This document shows, in pieces, positions 24,377 to 37,840 of a DNA stretch of 64,000 nucleotides (position 1 is its first letter; each line of letters opens with the position of its first letter). The stretch lies in contig NW_027266297.1 in assembly GCF_022045235.1 (NCBI RefSeq), positions 11,656,001 to 11,720,000 on the forward strand, given 5' to 3'. Under the pieces are notes generated by a model. It searched no databases and was not told the DNA's origin. It was given only the letters and a program-made list of their open reading frames with translations. Position numbers and translations under genes: made by a program. The DNA comes from Haliotis cracherodii (lineage: Eukaryota).

Positions 24377-26314
24377 TTGCATACTCCTCTTACCATATAC
24401 TGCATACTCCTCTCACCATATACTCCTCCCACCATATACTGCATACTCCTCTCACCACATACTGCATACTCCTCTCACCATATACTCCTCCCACCATATA
24501 CTGCATACTCCTCTCACCACATACTGCATACTCCTCTCACCATATACTGCATACTCCTCCCACCATATACTGCATACTCCTCCCACCATATACTGCATAC
24601 TCCTCCCACCACATACTGCATACTCCTCCCACCATATACTGCATACTCCTCTCACCACATACTGCATACTCCTCTCACCACATACTGCATACTCCTCTCA
24701 CCATATACTGCATACTCCTCTCACCATATACTGCATACTCCTCTCACCATATACTGCATACTCCTCTCACCATATACTGCATACTCCTTCCACCACATAC
24801 TGCATACTCCTCTCACCACATACTGCATACTCCTCTCACCACATACTGCATACTCCTCTCACCATATACTGCATACTCCTCTCACCATATACTGTATACT
24901 CCTCCCACCATATACTGTATACTCCTCTCACCATATACTGCATACTCCTCTAACCATATACTGCATACTCCTCTCACCATATACTGCATACTCCTCCCAC
25001 CACATACTGCATACTCCTCTCACCATATACTGCATACTCCTCCCACCACATACTGCATACTCACCCCACCATATACTGCATACTCCTCTCACCACATACT
25101 GCATACTCCTCTCACCATATACTGCATACTCCTCCCACCATATACTGCATACTCCTCTCACCACATACTGCATACTCCTCCCACCATATACTGCATACTC
25201 CTCCCACCATATACTGCATACTCCTCCCACCATATACTGCATACTCCTCTCACCACATACTGCATACTCCTCCCACCACATACTGCATACTCCTCCCACC
25301 ACATACTGCATACTCCTCTCACCACATACTGCATACTCCTCCCACCATATACTGCATACTCCTCCCACCATATACTGCATACTCCTCTCACCACATACTG
25401 CATACTCCTCCCACCATATACTGCATACTCCTCTCACCACAAACTGCATACTCCTCTCACCACATACTGCATACTCCTCTCACCACATACTGCATACTCC
25501 TCTCACCACAAACTGCATACTCCCCTCACCACATACTGCATACTCCTCACCATATACTGCATACTCCTCCCACCATATACTGCATACTCCTCCCACCATA
25601 TACTGCATACTCCTCCCACCATATACTGCATACTCCTCTCACCATATACTGCATACTCCTCCCACCACATACTGCATACTCCTCTCACCATATACTGCAT
25701 ACCCCTCACCACATACTCCTCCCACCATATACTGCATACTCCTCTCACCACATACTGCATACTCCTCCCACCATATACTGCATACTCCTCTCACCACATA
25801 CTGCATACTCCTCTCACCACATACTCCTCCCACCACATACTGCATACTCCTCTCACCACATACAGCATACTCCTCTCACCACATACTGCATACTCCTCCC
25901 ACCATATACTGCATACTCCTCCCACCATATACTGCATACTCCTCCCACCATATACTGCATACTCCTCCCACCACATACTGCATACTCCTCCCACCATATA
26001 CTGCATACTCCTCTCACCACATACTGCATACTCCTCCCACCACATACTGCATACTCCTCTCACCACATACTGCATACTCCTCCCACCACATACTGCATAC
26101 TCCTCTCACCACATACTGCATACTCCTCCCACCATATACTGCATACTCCTCCCACCATATACTGCATACTCCTCCCACCATATACTGCATACTCCTCCCA
26201 CCACATACTGCATACTCCTCCCACCATATACTGCATACTCCTCTCACCATATACTGCATACTCCTCTCACCATATACTGCATACTCCTCTCACCATATAC
26301 TGCATACTCCTCCC
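24377..26314. repeat. 23-bp minisatellite, ~1.9 kb
   Basis: (catatactgcatactcctctcac)n with two alternating variant sites. Confidence 0.97.
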
Positions 26315-26670
26315 AAGCCAGCCTAGCATTACAACCGTCATAATGTTAAAGTAAGTTAAGATCGTGTTGGCACTATAATCTAATTGTGGAATGGGACCCG
26401 GATGTAGACAGATCAGTTCCTTGGCCTTGAGACACAAAGTACTCTGACTGTCATGTCTTCCATACTATAACATGGACTTGCGATAGCCCTGTTACATTAA
26501 GTGATGGTATCGCTATGGCAATCGTAACTCTCATACTGTTACATTAACTTATGACAGTCATTGCACAACAATCACATTGTGAAACAGGGCCAAGAGCCTA
26601 ATGTTCTGTTCTGAAACACATCAAACACTCTTGTCTTGTATCTACAAGTTTAACAATTCCTCTCTTCCAG

Positions 26671-26907
26671 CCGTTAGAAATTGACCCCTTGGGTACCCCA
26701 ATTGGAGGGATGGTCATCAAGACGGAGCCCCCCTCCCTTCCCCCATCTGCTCCTTCCACCCCAGCTCCTGACCCAGGGTCTGCCTCCACCAGCGTCACAC
26801 CTCCGTCAGGTCCCATCTTTGATCCCCAGTCGGCAGAGTCCCCCAACAAACAGAAGAAGGTCCTGGAGACAATCGATGTGGTCGGGGGAGCTCCAGGAAC
26901 ACCCAAT
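26671..26907 (+). CDS. DMAP1: DMAP1 exon 11 (Pro-rich)
   Basis: PLEIDPLGTPIGGMVIKTEPPS...KVLETIDVVGGAPGTPN|gtgagt; phase 0-0. Confidence 0.88.
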
Positions 26908-27203
26908 GTGAGTCTGCAGATGAGTGTTTGTGATATGATACACACCACTATAAAGTAATAAAGTAACATACCAAACATGTAACAAATATTGATTGCCAAA
27001 TATAATTTTCTCAAACAGCAATTGAATGGGGAAAAAATTCCTGTCTGAGCAAGTTTTTGTATTTTGCTTTTGACAAGATTCCTTTATCACATTTTTCAGA
27101 ATATGAAGCTCTTGATTAAGAAATTCGGATCTCAGGAGTACACATACATGTTCTTGTACACATCTAGTGACATTTTCCTTATTCATGTACTTTCATTTTG
27201 CAG

Positions 27204-27266
27204 AGAAAACGGAAGGCTGCCCTAGAACAAAGCAACATTCTCAAGAAAATCAAACAGAAGCCCTAG
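27204..27266 (+). CDS. DMAP1: DMAP1 last coding exon
   Basis: RKRKAALEQSNILKKIKQKP*; total spliced CDS 1497 nt. Confidence 0.9.
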   Translation, partial: RKRKAALEQSNILKKIKQKP

Positions 27267-30200
27267 GAGACGTCCTCCTCACTGTACAGACGCTGGGGAT
27301 GTTTTGGAACAGTACTTGTATGCAGAATTCCATCCATGTTCTCTCAATATACATCACCTCTTCCAAGCACTCTCAATTGGTGCATGTCTGGTGCAAGGCT
27401 GTGTAATATGCTGGACAGAGTTGTGTCCCTTAGTTGAGCAGGATCAGATATTGTTGGTTCAAATCCCAAATTCATCCTGATTATGATATTGTGTCACCAC
27501 CATAGTCATGGTCATAGGTTGCACAAAGGCTGTAAACACTGTGATCTGGGTCACTGTGGGCTCTTCTCAGACATTAACCTGACATGCAGTGATGTAACTG
27601 AATGCTGTGGGGCTACACTCACTGTCAGGATAGATTGACTGGTGTTGTAATACATATGGTGGTATCAGTGCATCACAACTTACACTAAGACTTTTCTCTA
27701 ATCTATAGGTCTTCAGCAACCCTTGCTTGCCGTAAAAGGCGACTGTGCTTGTTGTAAGAGGCGACTAACGGGATCAGGTGGTCAGACTTGCTGACTTGGT
27801 TGATGCATGTCATCGTATCCCAATTGTGTAGATCGATGCCCATAATGTCAAGTTCTGGATTGTCTGGTCCAGACTCAGTTATTTACAGACCGCCGTCATA
27901 TAGCTGGAATATTGCTGAGTACGGTGTTAAAAAAAAAATCAAGTAAATACTGCATTCACCATATTAAGCACCCTGCTCCAATAAGTGAAACACTTGCAGC
28001 AATTCCAGAAATAGAATTTGCGCCAAGTAAACTATGTTGTAAGAGGTGATAAAAAATCACAAATGGATCGGTGGTCCGGCCCAGTGATTTGGCTGATTGC
28101 TTGTCATCATACCCCAAGGGTGTGGCTCGTTGCTCATAATATCAATCACTAGTTTGTCTTGCCCAGACCATCATCATGCAGCTTGAATATTGCTGGGTGC
28201 AGCAATAAACAAAAACACAAAGTGAAAAATTACGTTGTGATGGTTAAACTTTCTCAGTTCTCTGCAGCATTTCGCAGAAACAGTGGGACTCGGATTGTTT
28301 CTGATACATCAAGGCTGTGGGGTAGCCAAATGGTTCAAGTGTTTGCTCATCACGTCAAAGGTTTTGGTTCATTCCCCAAATGAATACAATGTGTGAAGCC
28401 CATTTCTGGTGTCCCCTGGTGTGGTATTGCTGGAATATTGCTAGAAGGGGCATAAAACTTTATTTACTTCCTCACTCTACGACACATCAAGGTTATCACT
28501 GGGATTCCTTGCAGATAATCAATGCCATGTATCGATATCAAGTTGATCAACAACTGTTTTCAGAGTATTGCTCCCACATCAATGAATGGAATTGACTGAA
28601 GAGGGAAGTGAATCATGATGCTCTCATAAGCTTTCAAAGCATACAATGTGTGTTGTGTGTAGTACAAGTGTATACATAACAATCAGGATACTATGATGTG
28701 CAAGCTGGTGTATTGAGGTAATAAACTATTACTTCGGTTCATTTGTTGGTGTGTTTTTATCAATTTCATTAGGTAGAGGCATGTATGGCCCAGTCTTCTT
28801 AGGCACTGCAGTTTGCTGTGCAGAGTTGTGTCCCTTATGTGTGCCAGGATTTAAACCAGGCCTATGTTGCAGTGTCTTGCATGTTGCCGGAAAAATTAGT
28901 CATTTTCTGAAGCACTGTATGTCAACCCTCGCAGTTTTCAGATTCTAGAATGCAATGATGTCATGATATAATGGATGACATCACATGCTTCCGTGAACAC
29001 TAAACTTGATCATATTTATATAACGCAGTAGCCATTTCACAAAGCCGAATGGCACTTTTTGGGATTGGGATTGAGAAAAGTATAAAGTATTCATACAGAG
29101 TGAAAAGGTAATAGCACTGCTTTATTATTTTGCATACAAAATTCAGATATGCTTGTCTGAATGCTTCCCTCACTCGTATTGAGAATTTAGAAACCTTGAC
29201 GCTGGTTGGCTGATTACAAAGTTCACCAGATGTGACCTTATGGGGGGTGTCCTCGGGTCTTCATGCAGACATTTACCACATCAGAGTGAAAGATCTGATT
29301 TTTATTAGATTGACTATAGATGCTAAATACATTCAGTATTTCAACTTAGACCAAACACCAAAACAGTTGTGAAATATATATTTCTTATTATAAGAATAAA
29401 AGGTGTACACAAAAAGGAAAATAGAACTAAAATGCCTTACATAAGATCTTGATATGTTCAGTAGTTTCAATGAAGTTTGGTAAAGTTTCTTAAATTATGG
29501 ACAGATGGGTGAATCTCCATGACAAAAATTCATTTTGACCATGTCAAGGTGAGCTGAAAACAGCAGTCATTCCTTTTGCTCCCTTGGTGGTTTGTTGATC
29601 ACAATAACAGTCTCAGTTTGGGCCAGTCCAGACGGGTCCCTGCATATATCTGGAAGATGGCAGCATGGGTTGCTGAGCAACACACCAAACAACAGCTCAT
29701 GTGGGACTTTCTTCCTTTGCAGCATCACTTTGTATACTGTGATTATACTTGTACATGTATAAGTACACATATTTGATTAAATATAGAAATAAAATTCCTT
29801 GAATTACAGCATTAATATATATAAATATCAACACAATGAACCTGTGAAGATCCAGGTAGAGAATTGGTCTTCAGCAACCCATGCTTGTCATAAGAGGTGA
29901 CTAACGGGATCGGGAGGTCAGACTTGCTGACATGGTTGATGCATGTCATCGCATCCAAATTGCGTGGATTGATCCTCATGATATCAATCACTGGATTGTA
30001 TGGCCCAGACTCGATTATTTACAGATTGCCGTCATATGGCTGGAATATTGCTGAGTGCAGCGTTAAAGAACTGGGTGAAACAAACTTGACACAATGTTTC
30101 ATATACCGTTTTATCTCCTAAAACTACTATAACATTCTAAAATTGTGTTCATACCGATATGTACAATAACCAAACATAAACAAATACATGTATTACACTG

Positions 30201-30699
30201 AAACCTTGCTCGTCCGGATCCCTAAATCCAGAACCCCTCATTGAACAATTACTACTGGGAACGCTTACTTGTATACAAAGTGATGTTAATCCACGACATT
30301 TGATTTCAGTAGAAACCTGAGCTTCTGGATTAATGGCGTTGCCCTGTATTATCATGAATGGTTCGGAGAAAACAAAGAAATAACTGTCACATCTGGTTTC
30401 AGTGGGATCTTTCGAGCTGTTTTGGGGACAGTGGGGTTGCCTAGTGGCAAAAGTGTTTGCTCGTCACGCTCAAGGCCTGGGTTTCAATTCTCCACATGGG
30501 CACAATGTGTGGAGACCTTTTCTGTTGCTTGAATATTGCTTAAAAACTGTGCACTCACTCACTCACTCCAGCAGATGTGAAAGCAAGTGATAACAAGTGT
30601 ATAGTTGACAAAGTCATCTAATCCCCCACCCATTTTAACATGTTATGGTCCCAAACCAGGTAACTGACCCAAAATTTTTCTTAGCCCATGTCAAAATAG

Positions 30700-31661
30700 C
30701 TGCAATGGAAATTCTAAAATAAACATTTTTAAAACTCCATAATATCAAATGGCACTAGTTCAGTATGCACTTTATATATAGACATGCAATGTTTGGCAAG
30801 GAAATATTTAACAGTTTATTTGTTATACTCCTTAAGTAAACCAATCCTATATTAAAACTTAAATCCAACTTGTTGTCATGGAAACAAAAACAATAAAAAT
30901 TTCTAAAAGTGCTATATATCAAAAGGCACCAGTTCAGTATGTGCCTGGTAGACATGCAAAGTTTTGTAAGAAAGTATTTAACATTTTTTTAGTTAAGCTC
31001 TGGAAACGAACACCACCCCTGTAGAACCTAAGTCCAACTTATTGCCATGGAAACGTGAAAAATACAAATTTCTAAAATTCCTAAATGGCAAGAGGCACCA
31101 GTCCAGTATGTGTCTGGTAAACATGCAAAGTTTTTGTTGGAAAGTATTGAATGGGTTTTGAGTTGTGCTCCGGAAAGAAACTCTACCCTATAGAACCTAA
31201 GTCCAACTTGTTGCAATGGAAAGGTAAAAAATAAAAAATTATAAAATGCCTAAATAGCAAAAGGCACCAGTTCAGTATGTGCCTAGTAGACATACAAAGT
31301 TTTGTAAGAAAGTATTTAATGGTTTTTGAGTTGCGCTCCGGAAACGAGCACCACCCTTATAGAACCTAAGTCCAACTTGTTGCCATGGAAACGTAAAAAA
31401 CATAAATTCATTAAATTCCTAAATAGCAAAAGGCACTAGTTCAGCATGAGTCTGATAGACATGCAAAGTTTCGTAGAGAAATATTGAACGGTTTCTGAGT
31501 TATGCTCCGGAAACGATTTCGGGATGCACACACACACACACACACGCACACGCACACGCACACGCACACGCACACACACACACACACGCACACACACACA
31601 CACACACGGACGGAACCCATTTCTATATCCCCAGCCAACTTCGTTGGGGCGGGGGATAAAA
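30700..31661 (-). mobile_element. Helentron-associated (HINE/DINE-1/pearl-like) element with ~160-bp internal tandem repeats
   Basis: Minus strand ttttatcccccgcc...ggggatatag, then (GT)n, then repeated core with ccggag/aaactttgcatg/ccatggcaac. Confidence 0.75.
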
Positions 31662-32166
31662 ACATCTTGTTTCTCTGTGGAATTCCAGGGCATGATACAC
31701 AGGTGCCAAGTACCTTGTCATTATGATAAGAACCGAGGTACGGTGGGGTAGCCAAGAGCCAAGGGACGGTGCAGTAACCAGTGGTTAAAGCGTTCACCCG
31801 TCACATTGAAGTCTGGCTTTAGCTCCCCATGTGGATCCACTGTGTGAAGTCCATTTCCGGTGTCCCCTGCTGTGATTGTCCTGGAACATTGATGAAAGCG
31901 TTGTAACACCACAAGCACTTAGTCCATTACTTAACAGCTGACTAGCTGATCAGGTGGTCACCATGTGACCTGGCTGTTTGTCTGTCCACAATACCCTGAT
32001 GGCTGGATTAATTGCTCATGCTGTCAACCACTTGGTAAACTTCCCAGACTTGACTATTTACCAGCCACTTAATACAGTTGGAATATTGATGACTGTGGCA
32101 TAAAATAACATGCATTGATATTCCTTGAAACTTTTATATGCATTCTGCAATAGATGCTTATTGATT

Positions 32167-32922
32167 TCAAGGGGACCACTCCCTCTCTATTTTCGGTTTC
32201 TTCAATTTGAGTGGCACATCTGTTGGAATAGTGTCACATGGTATCCTCTTCTGACTGTATGCAGTCCGTGAATCTGAGGTCTTGTATCCCGATGATGTGC
32301 TTCTTGGACTGCATTCTGAACCTGGAACGTATTCAGGGGCCATGATTCCGAATGCCGACTCTGGATGTTTAACATCCTTCTTTGTCCTGGCCACAGGTCT
32401 GTATTGCCGAGATGTCTTGACCGCCTTCAGAGCAGGAGAGGATCCATGCTTCGTATGAGATGATGAAAACTTTGTCCCAGGAAAAATGACTTTCCTGGCA
32501 GTATTTTTCTCTTCTATTTCTTCCCCTTCCGACCACTCCTCATCTTTGTCTATGATATCCGGAGGAGCACCCGATTCCCTGGTCAGACAGTCAAGCATAG
32601 AGCACCCCTTGCACTGGTGTTTGTCTTTTGTTCTGTCCACCCAGAAGACTGAGATTTTGTCGTATTCCTCTGGTTTCAAACTTGCCAGATGTGCCTCAAT
32701 GGACGATGGAGAAGTAGAACTGGGATCGGTGTCGGGTCGACTTTTGAAAAGTTGGTCAAGTCGGCCACCTATATCATCTGACTTGCCAACATAGAAGGGT
32801 AGAAACTGTACCGATTCCTTATAGTCATGGATGTTTGCTATCTTAAAGTAGCCACTTGTCTTGGTTTGTGGTCTTTCAAAATATGGGAGTTGCCCTTTGA
32901 ATAATTTATGGCAAGCCTTAAT
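32167..32922 (-). CDS. Same gene, last exon (GIY-YIG-like domain plus disordered tail)
   Basis: Open 756 nt from gttttcag|: IKACHKLFKGQLPYFERPQTKTSGYFKIANIHDYKESVQFLPFYVGKSDDIGGRLDQLF..., in frame with ORF 32167..32679. Confidence 0.83.
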   Translation of the reverse strand: MKACHKLFKGQLPYFERPQTKTSGYFKIANIHDYKESVQFLPFYVGKSDDIGGRLDQLFKSRPDTDPSSTSPSSIEAHLASLKPEEYDKISVFWVDRTKDKHQCKGCSMLDCLTRESGAPPDIIDKDEEWSEGEEIEEKNTARKVIFPGTKFSSSHTKHGSSPALKAVKTSRQYRPVARTKKDVKHPESAFGIMAPEYVPGSECSPRSTSSGYKTSDSRTAYSQKRIPCDTIPTDVPLKLKKPKIEREWSP

Positions 32923-33431
32923 CTGAAAACAGAGGCAGGGATTTTTTTACTTTTTGCAAATAATATACAGAATCTTGTTGTTTTAGTAGAATGTGGGATA
33001 AAACTTTGTAGTTCATTTTTGTCATAAAATTCCTGGAAAAATAGAATGAGAATTCTCCAATGGACTGTCCTCAGATCATTACATTTTAGTGATGAAAGGG
33101 TAAGAAGTAGCCCTGAAACATTGAGTATGTACAATAAAGTAGTTGTTATCCATAATAATACTCATTGTTTTAATTTCAGTGAGACATGAATATTACTGAC
33201 TACAATTCTTATTAACTTTCAATATTATATCATCGATCCAAATTACGTGGATCGATGCTCAAGATATCAATCACTGGATTGTCTGGTCCAGACTCGATTA
33301 TTTACAGACCGCCGTCATATAGCTGGAATATTGCTGAGTCTGGCGTTAAACAACACACCAACCAACTTTCAATATTACCCATAGGGACAAGGATGGAGGT
33401 GAAATTACTTTTAGTAAATCTCACTGAAATA

Positions 33432-33920
33432 TATACTGAACTGCAAAAGAAACGTCAATTCATGGAAATACTTCATGAAAGTTTCCCATTGAAATGTCAT
33501 TTTTTGGAAGTATCTCGCTTTGACATTAGTCTGTATCTAAATTTTATGTTAACAAACAGAAAGTGCCACAAATATTGATATAATGGCTCACCAAAACGCA
33601 CCTTCACAAATGACCATTGTACAAAATGCACTTGTGCTTTTTCTGAAAAAACTGCACCCCAAAATGTGGATCCAACATTCTTGTATCAATACTAGTGCCA
33701 TGCCAAGACTTACAAAGAATCAAAGACACCAGGCTTTAGGACGACTGCATGCTGGCCAGACTGCTCACATGATTGCCAATGCTTTTAATGTCCACATGAG
33801 AACCATCTACAGATTACAGCTACGATACCAGGTCACCATCAGCTTACAGTCGTCATAAGGCCTGGTTTCTCTGATTCTTCGTAAGTCTTGGCATGGCACT
33901 AGTATCGATACAAGAACACG
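33432..33920 (+). mobile_element. 5' fragment of a Tc1-like element with a fold-back end
   Basis: Paired-like HTH MPRLTKNQRHQALGRLHAGQTAHMIANAFNVHMRTIYRL; 33872-33916 is an inverted copy of 33678-33722. Confidence 0.75.
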
Positions 33921-34013
33921 ATTGCAGCTACATAATTTGTCAGGTTTTTTTTAATCATATTAATCATAAACACATTTCAATTTGTCATGGCATACATGTG
34001 TTGAGTATCTCAC

Positions 34014-34462
34014 CTTTTTTGTTCTTTTCGCTGCTTGTGGGTTGTCTTTAGCAGAAGAAACAGATCCTTTCTCCAGTGAAGATCCTGATGTTGATGGTGG
34101 GAACATTGTAGACTTCTTTTGACCAAGGTCAAGATCAGACTGACTTGAACTTCTTAAAGATGAATTCCCAACATGACTGTCTAATGTGGTTTGAGTTCTG
34201 TGCTTGGGGGAGGTCAATATTTTGGCAGTGTCATCATCTGACTTTGATGGTGTGCGTGAAAGAGAAGCTGTTTTACTTGGAGAAGTGACGTCCATTGGTT
34301 TTGCTCTTGATATGTCTTTGGTTGACATTTCTGGTGACGGAAAAGTGGTACTGGTACAAGGAGATGCGATGTCAATGACTTTGGGATTTGACTTGACCCA
34401 AGTCAGCTTAGTCTGAATCTCTTTTTCTGTAAAGGTTTTGGGGTTAATGGCAGCAGGTTGTC
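34014..34462 (-). CDS. Same gene, exon 9 (S/T/K-rich disordered linker)
   Basis: Within ORF 33960..34487; ctttcag|...AAG|gtgaga, phase 1->0. Confidence 0.82.
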
Positions 34463-35686
34463 CTGAAAGAAATACAAAACTGTACATATTCTGAAATTAC
34501 CAAGACTGGGAGCAGTCACAGTTTCCAAAATAAATAATAAAATAATTCTTAAACCATGAGGAATATTTGATTTCTCGTCACTGTTTCTCTGTCATATGGC
34601 CGGAATATTGCTGAGTGTGGCATTAAACAAAAACACAAAGAAACAGTTCTTACGATCATGTCACACCAACACTGGGTTGGTATAGCAGACAAAGAAGCAA
34701 CTATCATTCCAGTGATCTTGACTTGAATGAAGGTCACTCAAAAACTTAATGCCTCACCCCAAGGATTTGTGTTGCAAGTTCTCCTTCTCCATGTTGTTGA
34801 GTTATCATCAACATAACAGATTTTCCAATGACTAAATGTGACCTTCAGTATCAGGTAAAAGTATTGTAACATTCCCACGTGCAAAAGAAATTTCAGTCTC
34901 ATTAAAATAAGTTTTTTAACTCTGATACGATACCTGTGTTATGACCTGAGGACACCTTGATATAAAGTTGTGTCACCTGAACCCTTGACCGTTTCAAATT
35001 AAGGATGAATGGGCTCTTAAGCCAATCAGATGTCATCTTTCTAGAATGATAGGCTTCATGTCTTCATCCCCCAATTCGGAAATTTTTATTTTAACAAAAG
35101 AAATACCAAAACAGGACACAAGTATGCCTTCGATGGTACTCACTTGTGGGCTCTATGCCATACAGCTTAGAAATGACTATCCATAACAACATAAACGTGG
35201 AGCCTTCATTATGTACGTTCAGGAAAGGTTGAAGTTGATTTTCGAGATACTGAAATCAGATATGCTGGTCGGAATGCTTCACTCACTCGCTCACTGAGAA
35301 TGTAGAAGCCTGAATGCTGATTGGCTGGTCAGAATGTACATCTGATGCTACATATGGAGGTGTCCTCAGATCATCACAAACATTCTTGTTTTCATACAAT
35401 TTATCTCCTAATACAATAATGGAACACAAGACTTAGAATTCATACGTCAATATGTAATTTTATAAACTGTAAATAACATGTTTTTATTTTGAAGCCTACT
35501 GACCATGTTGAACTAACAAAATCATTAAGCTGAGCTACAGAAAATTTTCTTTCCAAAACCCTTCTCCCCCTCCCTTCATATATTTTTTCCCATAACTTTT
35601 ATCCAAGATTAACATGTGTTATAGGCCCCACTAATGCACTCCAACTCATCATAATAGACAACAGGTCTATTAACAACCCAGCTTAC

Positions 35687-36111
35687 TAGAGCTGGGGTGA
35701 ATCCAAATTTACTACCTGGGTACCCAACCTCCTAATACCCGACCCTAACCAGGTACTCACAGCAGGTATCAAGAGTTGGGTACAAAATGTCCCATTGGGA
35801 ATTATTTTACAGAGCCCTGGCAAAAACGACATGTATTTAGACACTTCGATACACTAAAACTGATCATGCATACACTGAAGTTGACCGAGGGTCTATCTTT
35901 ACTCAAACATATAAAAGTCAGAAAGAATGTGTGCATAGTCAGAGAAAAATACAAACATTAGTAACTTGTAGTGTAACCATGGAGATTAATTGTTATTGTC
36001 ATCAAACAATGTATCACGTGACTAGCCACAGGTGTGGGTAGTCCTGTGGGTATCCAGGTCCTACTCAGGACCCAACTGACCCGATTACCGAAGTTACCTG
36101 TCCCAGCCTCA
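35687..36111. mobile_element. Same hAT MITE family, 8-bp TSD cagcttac
   Basis: Colinear with 9014-9420; TSD at 35679-35686 and 36112-36119. Confidence 0.88.
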
Positions 36112-36119
36112 CAGCTTAC

Positions 36120-36473
36120 CCGTATGTCCAGACATGACATCCTGCACATCAACCGAGAGCTGACTTTCCACATGGATGTGAAGCGTCAGTTGATCCTTCA
36201 CAATAGTAAGCAGATCGTTGTTTAACAGGCAAGTGAGAATCTTCTGCAGTCTGTGGTTAAGAAACTCTTGCACGTTGATGTTTGAGTCCAGCTTGAGGTT
36301 GAGGATTATAGAGCCTTCTTCCACAGAAGTTACAAGAGCACCTTGCAGGGGGAGATAACTGTTGATGATACACTGATTATCCTTGAACACCTTGAAGAGT
36401 CGCCTCTCTGTGTCAGGATCCTGTCCGATGGACGTGATGGTTATTTTCGCTGTATTTTCAGATGTGATATCTC
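36120..36473 (-). CDS. Same gene, exon 8 (alpha/beta domain with VEEGSI motif)
   Basis: Within ORF 36109..36495; taatag|...|gtaagc, phase 1-1. Confidence 0.82.
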
Positions 36474-37128
36474 CTATTAATGGAGAACCATACATGTTTA
36501 GTGCAGATCAGACAAAACATTCCGTGGAAAATCAAGGTGGCTTTGAAATGAAGGCAGGTGGTGGGTAGCCTCATGGTTTAAGTGTTTACTCATCACAAAA
36601 ATCACAGTCCCGAGCTTGATCCCCCAAATGGGTAAATTGCGTGAATACTATTTCTGGTATCCCTTGCCCTGATATTTGTAAAAGCAGCATCAAATTATGC
36701 TCACCATTTCAAATGTCGGCTTGCTACAAGCCGAGGACAGCAATGTGTACAGTGAAACAATCTTAAACTGGACAATTATGTTCCCATTGAAATCAACGGG
36801 ATTAACAAATTTATGGACTAATGACTTATTAGTAAGTCTGTGAGTATGTTTTCATGCTGCTTTCAGCAATATTCCAGCAATATCGTGACAAGGGACACCA
36901 GAAATGGACTTCTCACATTGTACCCACATGGGAAATAAAACCTGGGTCTTCACCGTGACTAGCAAACGCTTAAACCATGAGGCTACCCCTTCGCCCCAAC
37001 TCATTAGTAAGGAGTTCTGTAAAGACAATATAACTGAAATACGTTTTGCAGATGAACTGACGACTAACAGGGATTGTAGTCATGCAAAACAGTACTGACC
37101 AAGGTTTATGTTTCAGATTAGAACCTAC

Positions 37129-37245
37129 CAATTTGGATGTTGGTGATATTTGTGGACTCCCCAATCTGTGTAATAAGATTACATCCAAAATCATCCTTCT
37201 GGAGAGTGCACTCATTTTCCAAGCCAATCTGGACAACAGTGTTAA
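37129..37245 (-). CDS. Same gene, exon 7 (RHIM-like motifs)
   Basis: NTVVQIGLENECTLQKDDFGCNLITQIGESTNITNIQI(G); gtttcag|...|gtaggt, phase 1-1. Confidence 0.8.
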
Positions 37246-37840
37246 CTGAAACACCATTAGAATCATGTCAGTCCTCTTACATCAAGACAATATCCATATG
37301 GTGATAATTTCATTTTTGTGCATACATAATGTTATAATCAAAACTTCAAACTAAGCAAGGGAGGTAACTCTACCAGCCATATGCTGGGCGCTTTCAAAAT
37401 TAAAAATAGGGCGCTTTCAAAATTAAAAATAGGGGGCTCTTATTAGGATATAATTTTAGTGAGAAAAAAACAGAGTTGAAAGATCGTAAATTTCGCGGTT
37501 TATGCTGACAGCCTGTAATGATACAAAAGAAAAGTCTGTGTGTATTATACACGACAGATATATTTTCCAGAATTAAATTGCCCATAATTAAGGATGCATA
37601 TAACACACGATTGCGTATTATGCACGAATAAATAAGTCTTATGTACATTGATCAATTGGAAGGGGTGCTAATTGGGATTGTTTACTAGCCAATATATTAA
37701 CAAATATCACCATAGGCGCTTATAAGAGGAGGGCGCTTATTACGTCGAATACAGTATATCATATTACCTACTACTTCTGGGACAGAATGGCACCGAAATT
37801 CTTCATGATCCAGTGGATCATGTCTCCATCTTATTAATCC

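Noticed and set aside
24246-26326. 649-aa ORF
   Set aside because: 23-bp minisatellite lacking stops by composition
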